Below, piece after piece: positions 44,351 through 52,499 of a stretch of 64,000 bases of DNA (position 1 is the first letter of the stretch; each line of letters starts with the position of its first letter). Origin of the DNA: Candidatus Methylomirabilia bacterium (GTDB lineage: Bacteria > Methylomirabilota > Methylomirabilia > Rokubacteriales > CSP1-6); assembly GCA_041496385.1 (NCBI GenBank), contig JBGQEL010000001.1:32001-96000 (forward strand). Reading direction: 5' to 3'. Made by a program: the position numbers and the translations under genes. The notes below the pieces were generated by a model. It saw only the letters and a list, made by a program, of their open reading frames with translations, had not been told where the DNA came from and searched no databases.

Positions 44351-45115
44351 ATGTTCACCTGCCAGGCGTGCGGGTGGAGTGCCCCGGTCCAGTTCGCCGC
44401 CTGCCAGGACTGCGGCGCGCCCGGCGCGATGTTGCAGATTCGCCACGGTCAGGATGTGGCCGACATGCTGCCCGAGATCCCGCGGCTCGAGGAAGTCGTC
44501 GGGGACATCGTGCACACGCCGACGGGCCTGGCGCTGGTCGACCGGGCCCTCGGGGGCGGCGTCGTGCCGGGCCAGACGATCCTGCTGGTCGGCCCGCCCG
44601 GCGCCGGCAAGACAACGCTCATCCTCCTGGCGGCCGAGCAGCTCGCCGGCGACCGGGGGCTCTACGTGACGGCGGAAGAGACGCTCGAGCAGGTGCGCGC
44701 GCGGTTCGCCGGCGTGGGCGTCGGCCGGATCCGCGCCTGGCAGGAAACCGACCCGCTCCGGATCGAGGAGCTCGCGCACGCCTGGGCGCGCGAGATCCTG
44801 ATCGTCGACTCCGTCAACCGCCTCCACGATCCGGGCCTGGCCGCGGCGCCGGGCACGCCGAGCCAGATCAAGAGCTCGGCCGGGATCCTGCTCCGGTGGG
44901 CGAAGACCGCCGGCGTGCCGCTCGTGCTCGTCGGCCACGTCACGTGGGCCGATCGCTTCCAGGGCCCGCGCACGCTCGAGCACCTGGTCGACACGGTGCT
45001 CTACTATGAGCGCGTGGAGAGCCTGGCCGACGACGTCCGGATCCTGCACGTCGCGAAGAACCGCTTCGGGCCCGCGGTGAGCGTGCGGATCCACGTGGAC
45101 GAGCTCCGCCCGTGA
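44351..45115 (+). CDS. RadA/Sms-like ATPase lacking the C-terminal Lon-like domain
   Basis: C4 zinc finger, GPPGAGKTT, IVDSV, GPRTLEHLVD, KNRFG; stops 14 aa after KNRFG. Confidence 0.88.
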   Translation: MFTCQACGWSAPVQFAACQDCGAPGAMLQIRHGQDVADMLPEIPRLEEVVGDIVHTPTGLALVDRALGGGVVPGQTILLVGPPGAGKTTLILLAAEQLAGDRGLYVTAEETLEQVRARFAGVGVGRIRAWQETDPLRIEELAHAWAREILIVDSVNRLHDPGLAAAPGTPSQIKSSAGILLRWAKTAGVPLVLVGHVTWADRFQGPRTLEHLVDTVLYYERVESLADDVRILHVAKNRFGPAVSVRIHVDELRP

Positions 45116-45549
45116 CCGTGCTGACGTCGCTCGCGCAGCGCCGGCAGGCCATGCAGCGCCGCATCGACGAGCACCTCGCCGCCGCGCGGCGGTCGCACGG
45201 CGGGCGGCCGCCCCAACGGCTCGACACCGTGGAGCGCGCGATCGCGCGCGCGCAGCGCGCCTTCGCGAGCGTGCTCGGGCGGCACTTCATCGACGTCGCG
45301 CCGCCGAGCTGGACGGGGAATGACGGCCGCTTCGCGGCGTGTCTGGACTGCCGGCGGGGCCTGGCGCGCAAAGACGTGGCGATCGCGCGGTTGACCACGA
45401 TCCCGGACGCCTGTCCCTGGTGCGCGCGCCCGGGCCTACGGTCGGCCGAGCGTGACGCGCAGGCGCTCCACGGCCTCGCGCGTGAAGAGGTAGGAGCGGC
45501 CGATCACGGCCGCCGGCTCGATCCAGCCGTGGCCCACGTAGCGCCGTAG
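45112..45549 (+). CDS. Helical protein with DksA/TraR-like C4 zinc finger
   Basis: GTGA coupling; CLDC...IARLTTIPDACPWC resembles CxxC..I..RL..P.A..CxxC. Confidence 0.55.
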   Translation: MTVLTSLAQRRQAMQRRIDEHLAAARRSHGGRPPQRLDTVERAIARAQRAFASVLGRHFIDVAPPSWTGNDGRFAACLDCRRGLARKDVAIARLTTIPDACPWCARPGLRSAERDAQALHGLAREEVGAADHGRRLDPAVAHVAP

Positions 45550-45636
45550 CGTCGTCACGGACACGCGCAGCAGCGCCGCCACCTCGCTCGTGGTCAGCAG
45601 ATCGCTCGAGGCGGGGAGCCCGCGGTCTGGCGCCAT
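45436..45636 (-). CDS. Excisionase/MerR-like HTH DNA-binding protein
   Basis: LLTTSEVAALLRVSVTTLRRY...G.I...GRSYLFTREAVERL. Confidence 0.85.
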   Translation of the reverse strand: MAPDRGLPASSDLLTTSEVAALLRVSVTTLRRYVGHGWIEPAAVIGRSYLFTREAVERLRVTLGRP

Positions 45637-45900
45637 ATGCGCTCAATGCACCATGAGCGCCAAGTGCGCCACAACAGGACAAAATTTCGCTTGACCCATC
45701 GCCGCCTCGGGTCGCACCGTAGCCTCATGTGACGCACGCGGCCTCTGCAGGCGGGTAACACTGCGGGGGCGAGAGTGACCCGGGCGCCGCTTGAACGGCG
45801 CCCGGGGGCGCAACGCAACCTCGAGGCGCGGGTAAGGCGCGCTCGAGCCCGCGACTGACTTCGCCGGGCCGAGTATAGCCGTCCCCGCTGGGGATCGTCT

Positions 45901-47130
45901 ACGGTCGCAACCGGCAGTCCCGCCGCCGTCCAGAAGAAGCGCACCGAGGAGATCACCCTCGCGCTGCGCGACAGCGCCCTCACCCCGTCCGGCTACATCG
46001 AGACCGCGTTCCAGTTCCCCGAGGTCGAGAAGGTCGAGATCCATAGCTTCGCCCGGAACAGCTGGCAGCCGGCGAAGGTCGAGGAGCTCGGCCCCGGCAC
46101 CGATGCCGCAAGCATCGAGCCCTACCTTCTCGACAAGCACGGGCCCGCGCGCTACCGCTTCGCCGCGATCGTCGGCCCGAAATCCTTCGCCTGGCGCGTC
46201 TACACGATTGGCGACGTCCCGGAGCAGCTGCCCCCCAACGGCGGCAACGGCGACGGCACCGCCGTCACCGGCAATGAAGCGCTGCGCCAGATGACCGAGG
46301 CGATCCGCTCGCGGCTCACCAGCGACCAGCTCTCGGGCCTGGTCGTGGATCTCGAGGCCGCCCGGACGAATCGGGAGCTCGCCCCGCAACGGATGTTCAT
46401 CGAGCTCGTCACGAAGGTCCTCGAGAAAGCCGGCACGCCGGCCGCACCGCCGGCGTCCTCGCCCGAGCGCGATCGCATGATCGACTTCCTGACGAAGGAG
46501 CTCGAGGCGACGCGCGCCGAAATGCGCCAGGCCAGGCCGGCGGCCTCGGGCGACGGGATCCAGGGGCTCACGGCACTCACCGCAACGGTGAAGGGCGTCA
46601 TGGAAGCCGGTGAGCTGCTCGGCATGAAGCGCGGCGGGAGCCCGGCGGCCGCGACGGCCGCGTCGCTGTGGAGCCCGGACTCGGTCAAAACCATGCTCGA
46701 GGGCTTCGCGCCCGTGGCGGGCCGGATCATGGACCTGGTTGACTACAAGCTGAGCGGCGGCGCGCTCCGCGCGCCAGGAGGCGCTGACGTGAAACCGAGC
46801 CCCGAAGCGGCGGCGCTTCAACAGCGCGCGATCGAGCAGGCGCGGGCGGCCGAGCAGGCGATGCGCGAGCAGGTGGACTTTCTCCTCGAGGCGCTCCGCA
46901 CGCAGGACTTCGCGACGGTCTACTGGATGCTGACGAACGCCTTCGTCCGCGAGGACGGCGAGCCGCTCGTCGCGATCGACCCCGACGTCAACCCGCTCGC
47001 CTACGTGCTCAAGCTGAAGCCGATCGCCCCGAAGATCAACGAGCTCCGGAGCGAGGTCGCCCTGTTCCTGAAGTGGGTCGGCGAGCGCCGCGCGGAAGAG
47101 GCGGCCGCGGAGCAGGCGCGCAAGACATGA
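45901..47130 (+). CDS. Hypothetical helical protein (about 410 aa with ACG start; first ATG at 46291)
   Basis: Frame open from 45859, with coding-like third-position GC from about 45901; ends at an ATGA overlap. Confidence 0.7.
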   Translation, partial: TVATGSPAAVQKKRTEEITLALRDSALTPSGYIETAFQFPEVEKVEIHSFARNSWQPAKVEELGPGTDAASIEPYLLDKHGPARYRFAAIVGPKSFAWRVYTIGDVPEQLPPNGGNGDGTAVTGNEALRQMTEAIRSRLTSDQLSGLVVDLEAARTNRELAPQRMFIELVTKVLEKAGTPAAPPASSPERDRMIDFLTKELEATRAEMRQARPAASGDGIQGLTALTATVKGVMEAGELLGMKRGGSPAAATAASLWSPDSVKTMLEGFAPVAGRIMDLVDYKLSGGALRAPGGADVKPSPEAAALQQRAIEQARAAEQAMREQVDFLLEALRTQDFATVYWMLTNAFVREDGEPLVAIDPDVNPLAYVLKLKPIAPKINELRSEVALFLKWVGERRAEEAAAEQARKT

Positions 47131-47936
47131 GCAGCGAGCAGCAGGTCGACGTCGAGCGCTGGCCCGCGGACGCGCGGGGCACGGGCCCGGCGGGCCCGGC
47201 CGCTGGCCTGGTCGCGGTGCTCACGCGCGAGGTCGGCTCGTACAAGGACTTCCTCTCATCCTTTCGCCGCCTCGCGGTGCCGCCGGGGACCGAGGAGCTC
47301 CTACTCTCGAACGGCGAGAAGGTCGCCTCCCGGAACCTGGCCGTCGACGCGCTGCTGTCCCTGCCATCCTCGGCGGAGTGGCTCTATTTCCTGGACGACG
47401 ATCACAAGTTTCCGCGCACGATCCTCTACGCGCAGCTCGCGCGCGCGATCCAGTACGACGTCGACGTCCTGGGCGCCCTCTACTGCACCCGCGTCGCGCT
47501 GCGCGACACCTATCCCGTCGGCGGGATCTTCCAGCGATCGCCGGCCGGCGCGCTCGAGATCCGCAACCTGACCTGGGCGGATCTCCCGGCGCAGGCCAGG
47601 GTGCTCGAGCGTCCCGATCTCACGATGGGCACCGCCGGCCTGCTGATCCGCCGGCGCGTGCTCGAGGCGCTCCCGGCGCCGGCCTTCCAGGTCGGCCAGA
47701 TCCATCCCGGCAAAGAATTCGAAGATCTCTACTTCGTCATCCGCTGCCAGGAGGCCGGCTTTCGCGTGGGCATGAACCTCGCCGAGCCGCTCGGCCACAC
47801 GACGCGGATCACGCTCTGGCCCCGCCGCGACGAGGCCGGCGACTGGCACGTGCTGGGCGACCAGGATCCGCCCTTTGCCGATCGCATGCGCGGGCACCGG
47901 GTCCCCCGGTCGCTCGTCGACGTCGGAGAACGCTAG
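47127..47936 (+). CDS. GT-A fold (GT2-like) glycosyltransferase
   Basis: SRN, WLYFLDDDH (DxD), GTAGLLIRRRVLE, EDLYF. Confidence 0.8.
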   Translation: MSSEQQVDVERWPADARGTGPAGPAAGLVAVLTREVGSYKDFLSSFRRLAVPPGTEELLLSNGEKVASRNLAVDALLSLPSSAEWLYFLDDDHKFPRTILYAQLARAIQYDVDVLGALYCTRVALRDTYPVGGIFQRSPAGALEIRNLTWADLPAQARVLERPDLTMGTAGLLIRRRVLEALPAPAFQVGQIHPGKEFEDLYFVIRCQEAGFRVGMNLAEPLGHTTRITLWPRRDEAGDWHVLGDQDPPFADRMRGHRVPRSLVDVGER

Positions 47937-47938
47937 CC

Positions 47939-48124
47939 ATGGCCCACCTGGTCAACGAAACGCCCGACACGAAGACGCCGCCCGACGGCCGCTATCGCTA
48001 CGCGCTCTGCTTCGGCGAGGCGGATCTCCGCGCGATGCTGGCCGGGCATCCGGTCGAGCTGCGCGTGGGCCTGCCGCGCGACGCGGAGGATTGCACCTTC
48101 ACGTGCCAGCGGAAGGACGCATGA
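47939..48124 (+). CDS. Small hypothetical protein
   Basis: GGAGA RBS, fills the gap, ATGA-coupled to next gene. Confidence 0.6.
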   Translation: MAHLVNETPDTKTPPDGRYRYALCFGEADLRAMLAGHPVELRVGLPRDAEDCTFTCQRKDA

Positions 48125-48735
48125 CGTCGACGCCGCGGCTACACAAGCTCGCCTGGGGCGACGCGGGGATCGCCGAGACCGTCGAGCACATGTGGGCCTA
48201 CGTGCTCGGCTACGATCCCGACCGCGGCACGCCCGCGGCGCTCGGGATCCTCCGGGGCCAGGCCGAGGAGATCCTGCGCGCCTACCGCGTGCAGTTCTAC
48301 GGCAACGCGCTCCACGCCGCGGCGATCCACGACTGGATCCAGCAGAAGATCGCCTACGTCGGTGATCACGTCCTCATCGAGGAGCTCCGGGCGCCGGCGG
48401 GCCTCGTCCTCGAGATCCAGGACCGCGGCTCGACGATGGGCGACTGTGACGACTTCGTCATCCTCGAGGGGGCGCTCCTGGCCGCGATCGGGATCCCGAT
48501 CCGGATCGTCACGATCTCGACGCGGCGCGATCGCGACTTCAATCACACGTACCTGATCGTCGACACGAACGCGGGCCCGATCGTCGCCGATCCGATCCTG
48601 AAGGGCCCGACGGGGCGGCCGCTCGCCTTCGGCACGCACGTGCCGCCCACGCAGATCACGAATTACGAGGAATCGGACATGCCGCCCTCGCTCGAAGCGC
48701 TGGGCGTCAATCCGATGGAGGGCGCGCTCACCTAG
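48121..48735 (+). CDS. Transglutaminase-like Cys-His-Asp protein (putative viral protease)
   Basis: GDCDD, ALLAAIGIPIRIV, FNHTY, ADP. Confidence 0.85.
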   Translation: MTSTPRLHKLAWGDAGIAETVEHMWAYVLGYDPDRGTPAALGILRGQAEEILRAYRVQFYGNALHAAAIHDWIQQKIAYVGDHVLIEELRAPAGLVLEIQDRGSTMGDCDDFVILEGALLAAIGIPIRIVTISTRRDRDFNHTYLIVDTNAGPIVADPILKGPTGRPLAFGTHVPPTQITNYEESDMPPSLEALGVNPMEGALT

Positions 48736-48868
48736 ATCACGATCGTGGCGGCCACCGGCCGGGTTGCGCGACCCGGCGCGGGGTAACTCGGAGAACAAGA
48801 CGGCCCGCTCGAGCCTCGCCGTCGGCTCGGGTGGGCCGTTGGGTTTTCGGTGGCTGCCATGAGTGATC
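48735..48868 (+). ncRNA. Structured intergenic element (closing stem plus two internal hairpins)
   Basis: 48735-48757 pairs with 48848-48868; hairpins at 48759-48776 and 48799-48840; non-Watson-Crick stem positions are G-U. Confidence 0.55.
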
Positions 48869-48887
48869 GGCGCGCGGAGAGAGAACG

Positions 48888-49772
48888 ATGAGCGATCTCG
48901 GGACGCGCTTTCAGTATCGCCGCGGGCTCAAGCACCTGAGCGCGGCGCTCGAGCCCCTGCGCAGCGGCCGCGTGGGCTCCCTCGAGCCGGTCCGCGGCGG
49001 CCTCGAGGGCTGGGCCGCGGCCCACGGCGTCGACGGCGTCGGCCAGCCCGAGCAGTATCACCGCCGGCCCGGCAGTCTCCTGCGCGGCGTCGGCCAGGAC
49101 GGCGACACGAGCCTGATTCTCTACGCGCCGAGCGGCGGCTCGATCGACATTTCGTCGCTGACAGCCGACGAGCAGGCCGCGTTTCTCGCGAACCCGCCCA
49201 GCGATAGCTTCGTGAGCTCGATGCCCGACACCGGCGCCGTCGGCGCCGATACGCCGCTGACGATCGACCTGCCCAACGGGACCAGCGACCGCGTCATTGG
49301 CACGACGCCGGACGGCATGGTCCTCACGGCCGCCGGCTGGCAATCCATCCCGCAACCGGACGGCTCGGAGCGCTGGGTCAACGTCCACACCGCGCAGATC
49401 ATGCTGAGCGACGGGAGCATCGTCAGCCCGTCGACGCCGACACCGGACGGCGCGACGGTGGGCGCGACCCTGCAGGACTGGCTCAAGACCGGCGGCGCGA
49501 TCGCGAGCGGCGTCGTGGGGATCCTGCAGAAGCTCGGGATCACGAAGACGCAGCCTGGCACCTGGCTCAGCGGCGGCCAGTACCGCACGGGCAGCGGCAC
49601 CGTCGTCACGCCGGTCCGTCTCGCGAACGGCCTCTACCAGCTCCCTGACGGCACGATCGTCGGCGCGCCGCCGAGCTCGGGCCTGGGCGAGCTGTTCGCC
49701 ATCGGCGGCCTGGCGGCCGTCGGCTGGCTCCTCTTCAAGCGCCTGCGCGGGCACCGGACGGCCGCCGCATGA
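48888..49772 (+). CDS. Putative virion membrane protein (C-terminal TM anchor)
   Basis: GGAGAG RBS; ends LFAIGGLAAVGWLLF-KRLR. Confidence 0.75.
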   Translation: MSDLGTRFQYRRGLKHLSAALEPLRSGRVGSLEPVRGGLEGWAAAHGVDGVGQPEQYHRRPGSLLRGVGQDGDTSLILYAPSGGSIDISSLTADEQAAFLANPPSDSFVSSMPDTGAVGADTPLTIDLPNGTSDRVIGTTPDGMVLTAAGWQSIPQPDGSERWVNVHTAQIMLSDGSIVSPSTPTPDGATVGATLQDWLKTGGAIASGVVGILQKLGITKTQPGTWLSGGQYRTGSGTVVTPVRLANGLYQLPDGTIVGAPPSSGLGELFAIGGLAAVGWLLFKRLRGHRTAAA

Positions 49773-50149
49773 TCACGCACTCCGGCGCGCGCGGCGTCGG
49801 CCAGGTCCCGGATCTCAGCACGCTGGGGCCCGGGCTCATGTACGTGCAGCTCGCTACCCCGCTCGGAACCGCGGTCATCGACCCGTTCGCCGCCGCCCAG
49901 GACGCGACGACGCAAGCGATCATGCAGCGCCTCGGCATCCAGGTCACGATCGGCTTCGGCCCGGCGCCGGCGCCGGATCCGGCGAGCGGCGATCTCTTCG
50001 CGAATCTCTCCCTCGCCATCCCGCTCGCCCTCGGCGCGATCGCGTTCCTGATCCGCCCGAAGCTCTCCACGCTCGCCGTCGTGGGCGGCGGCCTCCTGCT
50101 CTGGAAATCGGGCGCGCTCGCAAAGCTCCTTTCGACGGGAGGCGCCTGA
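49769..50149 (+). CDS. Putative virion membrane protein (two C-terminal hydrophobic segments)
   Basis: ATGA coupling; LSLAIPLALGAIAFLI and LAVVGGGLLLW. Confidence 0.75.
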   Translation: MITHSGARGVGQVPDLSTLGPGLMYVQLATPLGTAVIDPFAAAQDATTQAIMQRLGIQVTIGFGPAPAPDPASGDLFANLSLAIPLALGAIAFLIRPKLSTLAVVGGGLLLWKSGALAKLLSTGGA

Positions 50150-50832
50150 TGCTCCTCGGCGAGCGCGGCGGCACCCTGGCAGCCCGCTACGCGTATCGGC
50201 AGGGCCGGCCCGTCCTGCCGCTGCCGTTCAACGCCTTCGACTTCGATGCGTTCGCGCGCCCCTACCAGGCCGCCGAGCTGCCGCAGCAGCCGCTCAACCC
50301 GGGCGGCATGACGCGGCCGCCGACCACCGCGCTGGTGCTCGAGCAGAACGTCCGGAACCCGGGCGGCCTGCCGGATCGCTACAGCTTCCGGATCAATCGC
50401 CTGCGCGGCGTGGGCGCCGGCACGGACGGCGGGATCACGCAGCTCTACGTCAACGACCAGTGGGTCGACATCGCGACGTTTCTCGATCAGCCGCTCGTGC
50501 TCACGACGACGGGCACGGTCTACGAGCTCCCGGACATCAACGCGGCGATCCTCGCGACGGTCGCCGCCGGCCAGCCGCTCGGCACGATCTACTCCTACGT
50601 CCAGAACGCCCAGGGCTTCTGGTGGCAGGTCACGCGCGACGGCGGGGTCTACGCCTACGTGCTCTTTTCGGCGACGCAGACCGTGACGCCGCCCCAGCCG
50701 GCGCCGCCCGGCAGTAACCCCTTCGGCCTGCCGGACTTCAGCAAGCTCTTCGCGCAGCTCGGCACGGCCGGCAAGTGGCTGATCGGCGGCGGCATCGCGA
50801 TCGCCGCCCTCGGCGTGCTCCGCAAGCTATGA
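50149..50832 (+). CDS. Putative virion membrane protein (C-terminal TM anchor)
   Basis: TGATG coupling, GGAGG RBS; ends WLIGGGIAIAALGVL-RKL. Confidence 0.75.
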   Translation: MLLGERGGTLAARYAYRQGRPVLPLPFNAFDFDAFARPYQAAELPQQPLNPGGMTRPPTTALVLEQNVRNPGGLPDRYSFRINRLRGVGAGTDGGITQLYVNDQWVDIATFLDQPLVLTTTGTVYELPDINAAILATVAAGQPLGTIYSYVQNAQGFWWQVTRDGGVYAYVLFSATQTVTPPQPAPPGSNPFGLPDFSKLFAQLGTAGKWLIGGGIAIAALGVLRKL

Positions 50833-51617
50833 ACGTCCAGATCCACGGCCGGCTGCCCGGCGATCTCGAGGAAATCCGGTATCACCGGACCTCGGACTAT
50901 CCAGGGTTCTACAAGCACGCCTTCACGACCCCGACCGACATCTTCGCGCTCACCGACGGTGGGTTGCTCATTCGACCACGAGGAGGATCTATGCGGAAGC
51001 TCTGGCTCGACAACCCCCGCCGCCACGGGCACAGGCACCACCACCGGCACCACCGGCACAATCCGTTTCTCGCCGCCTACAACCCGGGCATCACGGCCGT
51101 CCTGAAAAGCTACGCGAGCGTGCCGTACATGACCGCCGCGCTCTCGGGCGGCGCCGGCTTCGCGGTCACGTTCCTGTCCTACAAGGCCCTTTTCTCGCTG
51201 ACCGCGCTCGGGACCTACGGGGTCGACCAGACCTGGACGGGGATCCTCGTCCGCCTGCTCGGCCGCATCGGCGTGGCCGCGGTCGGCGGCGCCGTGCTCA
51301 GCCGCTTCCTGCCCGGCCACAACCGCATGGCCTACATCGGCGGCGCGACGGCCTACGTCGGCCTGGCCACCGCGCTCGAGGCCGGCGGCTACCAGGTCAC
51401 CATCGGCGCCGCCGGCGGGGCTCCGCTCGTGTCGGTGCTCCCGACGTCGCTGCAGCCGGCCACCGCGGTCGCCGGCGTCGACGGCGTCGACGCCTATATG
51501 CAGCGCCGGAGCCGCCCGCGCGGCGTGCGGGGCACCAGCGCCTTCCTGACGATGCGCGGGGGCGGGATGGGCCTGCACCCGAGCCGCCTCTACACGAACC
51601 GCCTGTCCCCGAGCTGA
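50829..51617 (+). CDS. His/Arg-rich multi-TM protein with internal second start at 50991
   Basis: NPRRHGHRHHHRHHRHNP tract, three hydrophobic helices, basic C-terminus; AGGAGG before ATG 50991. Confidence 0.75.
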   Translation: MNVQIHGRLPGDLEEIRYHRTSDYPGFYKHAFTTPTDIFALTDGGLLIRPRGGSMRKLWLDNPRRHGHRHHHRHHRHNPFLAAYNPGITAVLKSYASVPYMTAALSGGAGFAVTFLSYKALFSLTALGTYGVDQTWTGILVRLLGRIGVAAVGGAVLSRFLPGHNRMAYIGGATAYVGLATALEAGGYQVTIGAAGGAPLVSVLPTSLQPATAVAGVDGVDAYMQRRSRPRGVRGTSAFLTMRGGGMGLHPSRLYTNRLSPS

Positions 51618-51687
51618 CAGCGGAGCTCAACGGTCATGATCGCGCGCGGCCTTTCACCCACGACGGCGGGACAGGACGTCATCACCC

Positions 51688-52407
51688 ATGTCAGGCCCCG
51701 CGACGCTCAGCCCCGGCCAGGTCTCCCTCGACGCAGTCCTCTCGCATTTCTCCACGGCGCCCTTCGGGATCCCGGACACCTTCCTGCTCGGGCAGGACTT
51801 CATGTCGTTCCTCACGAAGGTCCCGACGCTGCTCGACGCGCGCCGGCACGTTCTCCGCTCGGAGAAGGTCTATCCGACGGGCGGGCAGACCAAGCTCACC
51901 TTCTTCGATCAGGGCATCGGCGCGGCGACGCAGCAGGAAGGCGACACGAACATGCAGATCGCCTCGATGCTCGCCGGCCAGGAGATCTTCGTGGCCCTCG
52001 ATCTCCGGATGCTGGCGCTCCCCGCGCGCGCGGACTACGACACCGCGGCGGCCGGCACACCCATCGCCTTCGGCGACTGGACGGAAGTGATGATGCGCAA
52101 CTGCTGGCTCGACTTCAAGATCGGCAGGAAGAAGTACCTCGACACGATCGGGCCGCTCGCGATGTTCTCGCCGGGCTTCGGTCCCGTCCCCGTGGCCGTG
52201 TCCCTGGCCACCGTGACGCGGAACATCGCGTGGCCGTCCTTCGGCACGCCGGACACGAAGTCGCTCTTCCTGCTGGATCCGCCGATCACGATCGTCGCCG
52301 GGGAAAACATCGAGGCCGCCGCGCTCTGGAAGACCGCGCTGGCGGTCACCACCGCCGGCAAGCTCGGCATGTACCTCAACGGGTACCTGATCGGACCCGC
52401 GCAGTAG
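51688..52407 (+). CDS. Putative single jelly-roll major capsid protein
   Basis: Soluble and beta-rich; LTFF..TNM..L, LDFKIG, PPITIVAGENIE, MYLNGY strand pattern; fold is inferred. Confidence 0.6.
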   Translation: MSGPATLSPGQVSLDAVLSHFSTAPFGIPDTFLLGQDFMSFLTKVPTLLDARRHVLRSEKVYPTGGQTKLTFFDQGIGAATQQEGDTNMQIASMLAGQEIFVALDLRMLALPARADYDTAAAGTPIAFGDWTEVMMRNCWLDFKIGRKKYLDTIGPLAMFSPGFGPVPVAVSLATVTRNIAWPSFGTPDTKSLFLLDPPITIVAGENIEAAALWKTALAVTTAGKLGMYLNGYLIGPAQ

Positions 52408-52432
52408 CGCGGACGAGCTCGCGCTGATCCCC

Positions 52433-52493
52433 GCGGGCGCCGCCGCGCACGGCGCCCGCCACATGACTTGGACGACGGCGGGAAGGGTGTGCC
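52433..52493 (+). repeat. Leader repeat copy 1 (27-nt hairpin plus ACGGCGGGAAGGGTGTGCC)
   Basis: Both blocks identical to 55137-55163 and 55178-55196. Confidence 0.9.
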
Positions 52494-52499
52494 GTCTCC

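Noticed and set aside
44351..45115. P-loop ATPase as the genome-packaging ATPase
   Set aside because: Zinc finger and KNRFG identify it as RadA-like, not FtsK/HerA/A32-type
45691..45725. TTGACC...TAGCCT as a sigma70 promoter
   Set aside because: Spacing is 23 nt, too long for a -35/-10 pair
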